From Bacteroidales bacterium (GTDB lineage: Bacteria > Bacteroidota > Bacteroidia > Bacteroidales > JAUNSR01), in contig JAUNSR010000003.1 of assembly GCA_030539115.1 (NCBI GenBank), positions 94,636 to 158,635 of the forward strand: a stretch of DNA of 64,000 bases. Reading direction: 5' to 3'. The position numbers were made by a program, and so were the translations under genes. Under the pieces are notes generated by a model. That model saw only the letters and a list, made by a program, of their open reading frames with translations. It made no database searches and was not told the origin of the DNA. Of the stretch, positions 58,815 through 64,000 are shown in pieces (position 1 is the stretch's first letter; the number at the start of each line of letters is the position of its first letter).

Positions 58815-60596
58815 ATGATAAGTAATATATTCAGATATATTTTTTCTCTTCTTATAATAACAATGGTTTCATTGCCCTCCTTTGCCCAGACAAAGGATAA
58901 AGGTGAGTCTAAAAATTTTAAGATTACTAAGAACTTAGATATATTTAATTCTATATTCAAAGAATTAGAGATGTATTATGTTGACACTATTCCCACTGAA
59001 AAAGTTGTTAAGACAGGAATAGATGCAATGCTTAGACAACTTGACCCATACACAACATATATGTCTGAGGAGGAAAAAGAGGAGTTCACTATTCAGGTGA
59101 CAGGCGAGTATGCCGGTATTGGTGCTCTTATCCAGCAAAGAGGCGATACCATTTTTATTTCAGATCCCTATGAAGGAATGCCTGCTCAGCAAGCTGATCT
59201 TAGACCTGGCGATGCCATTATTGAAATTGATGGGGAATCAATGATAAAAAAAGAGAGTTCTTTTGTTAGTAATAAACTTAAGGGGCAGGCTAACACCCCT
59301 TTGACGGTGAAAATCTTGCGTAAAGGCTCACATGAGATAATTCAAAAAGACCTTATTAGAAAAAAAATTCAGATGAAAGCTGTGCCTTATTACGGCATGG
59401 TGTCTGATTCCATAGGTTATATTTATCTTACAGCATTTACTGACAAATCGGCTTCAGAGGTTAAGAATGCAATTATAGATCTAAAAAAGAATCCGAATTT
59501 TAAATCTCTTATTTTTGATTTAAGAAACAATGGAGGCGGTGATCTTGAAGAAGCAATTCAGATTGTTAACTTTTTTGTCCCTAAAGGGGTTGAAATCTTG
59601 CAAACCAGAGGCAAGCTAAAAAATTGGGACAGAACTTATAAAGCAACTCAAGAGCCGATTTTACCCGATATGCCTTTAGTTGTTATGGTTAACCGTGGTT
59701 CTGCTTCAGCATCCGAAATCGTTACCGGAGCTCTTCAGGATCTTGACAGAGCTGTAATTATCGGTGAAAGAACTTTTGGCAAAGGTCTTGTACAAACTAC
59801 CCGGCCTCTTTCTTACAATGGTTTGGTTAAGATTACATCAGCTAAATATTATATTCCGAGCGGACGTCTTATTCAAGCTATCGACTACAGCAATAGGAAT
59901 CCCGACGGCAGTGTAGGTCGTATTCCTGACTCTTTGACCCATGTGTTTAATACTGCCAATGGCCGTATCGTTAAAGATGGTGGAGGAATTCTTCCTGATA
60001 TTATTACAGAACAGCCTCGTTATTCAAATATGAGCTATTATTTGGTTAGAGACAATTACTTTTTTGATTTTGCAAATGATTATGCAAACACACATGAAAG
60101 TATTGGTTCTGTTGAGGATTTCAAACTTAGTGATGAGGAATATGATAAATTTAAGAAGTTTGTAATTTCCAAAAACTTCACATATGATCGTCAAAGTGAT
60201 AAGGCATTAAAGGATTTAAAACAACTTGCTGAATTTGAGGGCTACAGTGAAGATGCCAAAGCTGAGTTTGAAGCTCTTGAAGCCAAATTAAGTCATAATG
60301 TCGAAAGAGATTTGGATAAGTTTAGATCTGAACTTAGTCAGATACTTTCTCAGGAAATAGTAAAACGCTATTATTTTGAAAAAGGTGAGATTAAGCAAAC
60401 TTTAAAAGTTGACAAAGAGCTTGATAAAGCACTTGAAATTTTAAATAACAAAGCCCAGTATAAGGAAATACTTTCTCCAAAAGCAGATATAAAAGCTGAT
60501 GAGAAGAAAAATAAGAAAGAATCCTTATCCTACAATCCATATTTTATACCATTAGAAGAGATATTTATACATTCCAATAATGTATATATGTCTTAA
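58815..60596 (+). CDS. S41-family C-terminal processing peptidase with a PDZ domain
   Basis: PDZ region (GMPAQQADLRPGDAIIEIDG), catalytic Ser block NRGSASASEI, and GERTFGKG. Confidence 0.9.
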   Translation: MISNIFRYIFSLLIITMVSLPSFAQTKDKGESKNFKITKNLDIFNSIFKELEMYYVDTIPTEKVVKTGIDAMLRQLDPYTTYMSEEEKEEFTIQVTGEYAGIGALIQQRGDTIFISDPYEGMPAQQADLRPGDAIIEIDGESMIKKESSFVSNKLKGQANTPLTVKILRKGSHEIIQKDLIRKKIQMKAVPYYGMVSDSIGYIYLTAFTDKSASEVKNAIIDLKKNPNFKSLIFDLRNNGGGDLEEAIQIVNFFVPKGVEILQTRGKLKNWDRTYKATQEPILPDMPLVVMVNRGSASASEIVTGALQDLDRAVIIGERTFGKGLVQTTRPLSYNGLVKITSAKYYIPSGRLIQAIDYSNRNPDGSVGRIPDSLTHVFNTANGRIVKDGGGILPDIITEQPRYSNMSYYLVRDNYFFDFANDYANTHESIGSVEDFKLSDEEYDKFKKFVISKNFTYDRQSDKALKDLKQLAEFEGYSEDAKAEFEALEAKLSHNVERDLDKFRSELSQILSQEIVKRYYFEKGEIKQTLKVDKELDKALEILNNKAQYKEILSPKADIKADEKKNKKESLSYNPYFIPLEEIFIHSNNVYMS

Positions 60597-60627
60597 ATGA
60601 ATTTAATCACATTAAAACATAAACAAT

Positions 60628-61809
60628 ATGAAAAAAGAATTGCTTTATGCCTTGGCAATGTTCTGTGCTCTTCCATCTATGGCACAGGAGGGAAAAAAAG
60701 GATTTGAATTTACTCCGGTAAAGGAACTGAAGATTACTCCTATTAAAAATCAAAACCGATCGGGTACTTGTTGGAGTTTCTCTGGACTTGGTTTCCTTGA
60801 ATCAGAGCTTCTTCGTCAAGGTAAGCCTGAAGTTGATTTGTCTGAAATGTTTGTAGTTTATCATTGCTATTCAGATAGAGCAGACAAGTTTGTAAGACTT
60901 CATGGAGATTTGAATTTTGGCCCTGGCGGTTCTTTTTATGATGTGTTATATGTGATGGCAAACTATGGATTAGTGCCTGATTCAATTTATACCGGTCTTC
61001 AGTATGGTGAAAAAATGCATGTTCACAATGAAATAGACATGTTGACAAAAGCCTATGTTGAACCTATTTCTCAGTCAAAAGGAAAACTGTCGCCTGTTTG
61101 GAAAAAAGGTTTTGACGGCATTCTTGATGCATATCTTGGCGAGCTTCCTAAAACTTTTGTTGTAGATGGCAAAGAATATACTCCAATGAGCTATGCTCAA
61201 TCTCTTGGTCTTAATGCCGATGATTATGTAAGTATAACTTCTTATACTCATCATCCTTTCTATACATCATTCCCTCTTGAAATTCAAGATAACTGGAGAT
61301 GGGCTAATTCATACAATGTTACTCTTGATGAAATGCTTGAAATAGCTGTTAATGCTGTTAATAAAGGGTATCCTATTGCATGGGGCGCTGATGTAAGTGA
61401 AAAAGGTTTTACTCGTAATGGTGTTGGTATCATGCCTGATGTAGAACGTACTGATTTAACAGGTTCGGATGCTGCTCATTGGCTTGGATTGTCTTCTGCT
61501 GAAAAAGATGCTGAAATTAGAAAAATGATGGAGGGTCCTTGTCCTGAAATTAATGTTACTCAAGAGTCTCGTCAGGAAGGTTTTGACAACTATGAAACTA
61601 CAGACGATCATGGTATGGTAATATATGGTTTGGCTAAAGACCAAACAGGTAAGAATTATTTTATGATTAAAAATTCATGGGGTGAAACAGGCGCTTATAA
61701 AGGTATATGGTATATATCTGAACCTTTCTTTAAGGCTAAAACAATGAACTATATTGTTCATAAGGATGCTCTTCCTAAAAATATTGCAAAGAAATTGGGT
61801 ATAAAATAA
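60628..61809 (+). CDS. pepC: C1-family cysteine aminopeptidase (PepC/bleomycin-hydrolase-like)
   Basis: The active-site Cys lies in NQNRSGTCWSFS, with His/Asn in DDHGMVIYG...IKNSWG. Signal peptide present. Confidence 0.88.
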   Translation: MKKELLYALAMFCALPSMAQEGKKGFEFTPVKELKITPIKNQNRSGTCWSFSGLGFLESELLRQGKPEVDLSEMFVVYHCYSDRADKFVRLHGDLNFGPGGSFYDVLYVMANYGLVPDSIYTGLQYGEKMHVHNEIDMLTKAYVEPISQSKGKLSPVWKKGFDGILDAYLGELPKTFVVDGKEYTPMSYAQSLGLNADDYVSITSYTHHPFYTSFPLEIQDNWRWANSYNVTLDEMLEIAVNAVNKGYPIAWGADVSEKGFTRNGVGIMPDVERTDLTGSDAAHWLGLSSAEKDAEIRKMMEGPCPEINVTQESRQEGFDNYETTDDHGMVIYGLAKDQTGKNYFMIKNSWGETGAYKGIWYISEPFFKAKTMNYIVHKDALPKNIAKKLGIK

Positions 61810-61830
61810 TATACTTATTTTCTCTAATAT

Positions 61831-61887
61831 AAAACTCACTTTAATCTTTATCCATCATGATAGACTTAAAGTGAGTTTTGTTTTTTA
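61831..61887 (+). terminator. Rho-independent terminator of pepC
   Basis: AAAACTCACTTTAA / TTAAAGTGAGTTTT forms a 14-bp stem with a 21-nt loop, followed by GTTTTTTATTTT. Confidence 0.7.
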
Positions 61888-61921
61888 TTTTAATTGATAG
61901 CTTAATAATAAATTTTATTAT

Positions 61922-62737
61922 ATGACTGAAAATTCTGCTCAGCTTGTAATGTTGGGAACAGGAAATGCCGCCGTTACAAAATGCTTTAATACTTGTTTTG
62001 TTATTAAAAATAAAGAAAATATCGTTCTTATTGATGCAGGTGGCGGTAACGGGATTCTCACACAGCTGGAAAAAGCAAACATTAATTTGTCCGACATTCA
62101 TAACATGTTTGTTACCCATGCTCATACAGACCATATTTTAGGTGTAGTTTGGATTGTTAGAATGGTGGTGCAGTCTACTCAAAAGGGTAAATATCAGGGG
62201 GTATTAAATATTTATTCTCATGAAAAGGTTATAAGTGTTGTAAGACAAATTTGCGGGCTTACCCTTCCAAAAAAAATTGTTGATTTGATAGACAAGGTCA
62301 TAAACTTTGTTGAGTTAAAAGATGGAGATTCTTTTATGTTGGCAAATATGAAAGGTGTTTGCTTTGATATACAATCAACTAAAGAGAAACAGTTCGGTTT
62401 TAAAATTCAGCTTTCTGATAATAAAACTTTGGTTTGTCTCGGCGATGAGCCTTATAATGAAATTAATAAACATTATGTTGAAAATGCCGATTGGCTTTTG
62501 TCTGAAGCGTTTTGTCTCTATTCTCAGAAAGATGTTTTCAAACCTTATGAAAAACATCATAGCACAGCTCTTGATGCCGGAGTCATGGCAGATAATCTAA
62601 ATGTCAAGAATCTTGTTCTTTACCACACAGAAGATAAAAGTCTTGATAAGAGAAAAGAATCTTATACAAAAGAGGCAGCTGAGAATTTTAAAGGAAATGT
62701 TTTTGTACCTGACGATTTGGAAACTATTCTATTGTAA
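61922..62737 (+). CDS. MBL-fold metallo-hydrolase
   Basis: The HxHxDH motif is present as THAHTDHILG. Confidence 0.8.
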   Translation: MTENSAQLVMLGTGNAAVTKCFNTCFVIKNKENIVLIDAGGGNGILTQLEKANINLSDIHNMFVTHAHTDHILGVVWIVRMVVQSTQKGKYQGVLNIYSHEKVISVVRQICGLTLPKKIVDLIDKVINFVELKDGDSFMLANMKGVCFDIQSTKEKQFGFKIQLSDNKTLVCLGDEPYNEINKHYVENADWLLSEAFCLYSQKDVFKPYEKHHSTALDAGVMADNLNVKNLVLYHTEDKSLDKRKESYTKEAAENFKGNVFVPDDLETILL

Positions 62738-62776
62738 AAGAGTAGGGCATATTTATATAAGGTAAATAAAAAAATT

Positions 62777-62872
62777 CATTTGTATATACTTTATTTTTAA
62801 CATCAAGGTACAAAAGCGCCATTTATAAACATTTTGTTTGGTATCTCATTTTTAAGTGAGTTATGCGGTTTT
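62777..62872 (-). repeat. Copy D of the dispersed element (single unit) in the convergent gap between the MBL-fold gene and the RND gene
   Basis: The reverse complement reads aaccgcataactcacttaaaaatgagataccaaacaaaatgtttataaatggcgcttttgtaccttgatgttaaaaataaagtatatacaaATG. Confidence 0.75.
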
Positions 62873-62898
62873 ATTATATAAAACTACATTGTTTTAGC

Positions 62899-64000
62899 TC
62901 ATTTCCTCTTATTTTTTAAGTTGACGAACAATGGCATAATAAATACTAAGGCAACAATTGAAAAAAGCAATCCGACTGATGAGCCAACGGCAAAAGAAAA
63001 CCAGAAAGAATCCATTGCACTGTCGATGAAGAATGGCACCAATCCCAAGATTGTTGACAGCGTGGTTAGGAAAACCGCTGTTACCTTATGATTATATGCT
63101 CTCAAATAGCATTTCATTGGACTTATAGAAGGATATGAATCACGTTGATTGTTATATTCGCAGATAATGTAGATGGCCGCATTAACAGTCAGTCCACAAA
63201 GAAGCACCATAGATGCAAATCCTCCGCTCCCGAACTTCAGTCCCGTTTGAGAGTAAACAAGAAAAGTGCCGATAAATGAAACGGGAATCAATGATATTAT
63301 TGCCAAAGGCTGTCTCAAAGACTCGAAAAGTATGCTGCATACAAAGAATATTATTACAATGATAAGCCCAAGAAGCCAATACTGTGTTCCATTGTCTTGA
63401 TAAAAGCCGTATGATGTATTTCTACATCTATAACCAACAGGTATTTTATCATTAAAATCGCTGATCATTTTTCTGATATACATATCTGTATAGGTATAAT
63501 TACCCAATACATTGAAAGCTACTCGAAGTACATATTCCTGATTCTGTCTTGGAATGCAATTCTTTGCCTCGCGTTTATCTATCGACATAAAATCAGATAT
63601 TCGGTTATCTTTATCACCTATTCTAAGAATGGAGTTATCCATTCTCCATAGATCAAACTTGTCTTGCCAAGCTGACTTAAGGTACATATCCGAAGTGAAG
63701 TGAGTGTCACGATATCTGTCAATCTCTCTTCCAGATAAAATCTCTCGCAAAGTGCTATGTGCTTTATTTATGTCAAAATTATATAGAGCTATCTTTTCAT
63801 TCTCATAATGCATATATAGCTCATCTTCCTGATATTCATGTCCGGGAGTCTCTATTACAAGGTCTATAACCCTGTTATTTTTTCTCATATCATCACATAA
63901 GTCCTCTGCAATGCGGTACAGATGATCATAATTATAGCCTACAATTTCTATTCTACATAAACGCTGCTGTAGGTTTAACGAATTGCTGAAGCCTCTTTCA
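62899..64000 (-). CDS. RND (AcrB/CzcA-type) efflux permease, C-terminal part; 5' end lies beyond the window
   Basis: The frame stays open to position 64000, checked codon by codon upstream of 63888. The C-terminal TM bundle is LRQPLAIISLIPVSFIGTF...GLTVNAAIYIICEYN...LTTLSTILGLVPFF. Confidence 0.8.
   Translation of the reverse strand, partial: ERGFSNSLNLQQRLCRIEIVGYNYDHLYRIAEDLCDDMRKNNRVIDLVIETPGHEYQEDELYMHYENEKIALYNFDINKAHSTLREILSGREIDRYRDTHFTSDMYLKSAWQDKFDLWRMDNSILRIGDKDNRISDFMSIDKREAKNCIPRQNQEYVLRVAFNVLGNYTYTDMYIRKMISDFNDKIPVGYRCRNTSYGFYQDNGTQYWLLGLIIVIIFFVCSILFESLRQPLAIISLIPVSFIGTFLVYSQTGLKFGSGGFASMVLLCGLTVNAAIYIICEYNNQRDSYPSISPMKCYLRAYNHKVTAVFLTTLSTILGLVPFFIDSAMDSFWFSFAVGSSVGLLFSIVALVFIMPLFVNLKNKRK

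Noticed and set aside
61841-62134. 97-aa minus-strand ORF overlapping the pepC terminator and the start of the MBL-fold gene
   Set aside because: It is antisense to a supported gene and spans a terminator hairpin. It is likely spurious.

Overview
The window looks like a low-GC Bacteroidota (probably Bacteroidales) chromosome segment. Supporting evidence is a SusC/SusD pair, TAnnTTTG -7 promoter boxes in front of tRNA genes and metK, an absence of Shine-Dalgarno sequences, and typical Bacteroidetes gene families.

Positions 1-7156 are visibly more GC-rich (judged by eye, not computed). They carry an XRE-HTH gene followed by a type I restriction-modification operon (hsdM, hsdS, hsdR). This block abuts the 3' end of tRNA-Leu(CAA), which suggests a horizontally acquired island.

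Two low-GC ORFs with no recognisable family lie between hsdS and hsdR at 2994-3964. They may be one gene split by a frameshift. They occupy the same position that the anticodon nuclease PrrC holds in the E. coli prr locus, and they are my best candidate for an undescribed defence-associated module.

The rest of the window is mostly ordinary:
- an ECF sigma operon, carbohydrate esterase and GH43
- the folK-queA-truB-uppP-ftsX cluster
- a TolC/HlyD/ABC-ATPase efflux operon with no permease gene
- a sigma-54 response regulator and histidine kinase pair
- metK with a possible SAM-II-like leader
- GH16, an orphan lipoprotein, an M28 peptidase, comM, mutS and nadA
- a MATE transporter
- a SusC/SusD/DUF1735-discoidin/GH20 polysaccharide utilisation locus
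- tRNA-Gln and two tRNA-Asn
- peptidases, and the 3' part of an RND pump gene

The second notable signal is a roughly 105-nt repeat family. It is tandemly amplified about 3.4 times between the response regulator and kinase genes and recurs at three other loci. Each copy points at a start codon and duplicates the start-codon context.

Three unusually long AT-rich intergenic regions lie at 41.9-45.6 kb. They carry direct AACAAGAAA repeats and a cluster of DnaA-box-like TTATCAACA motifs.
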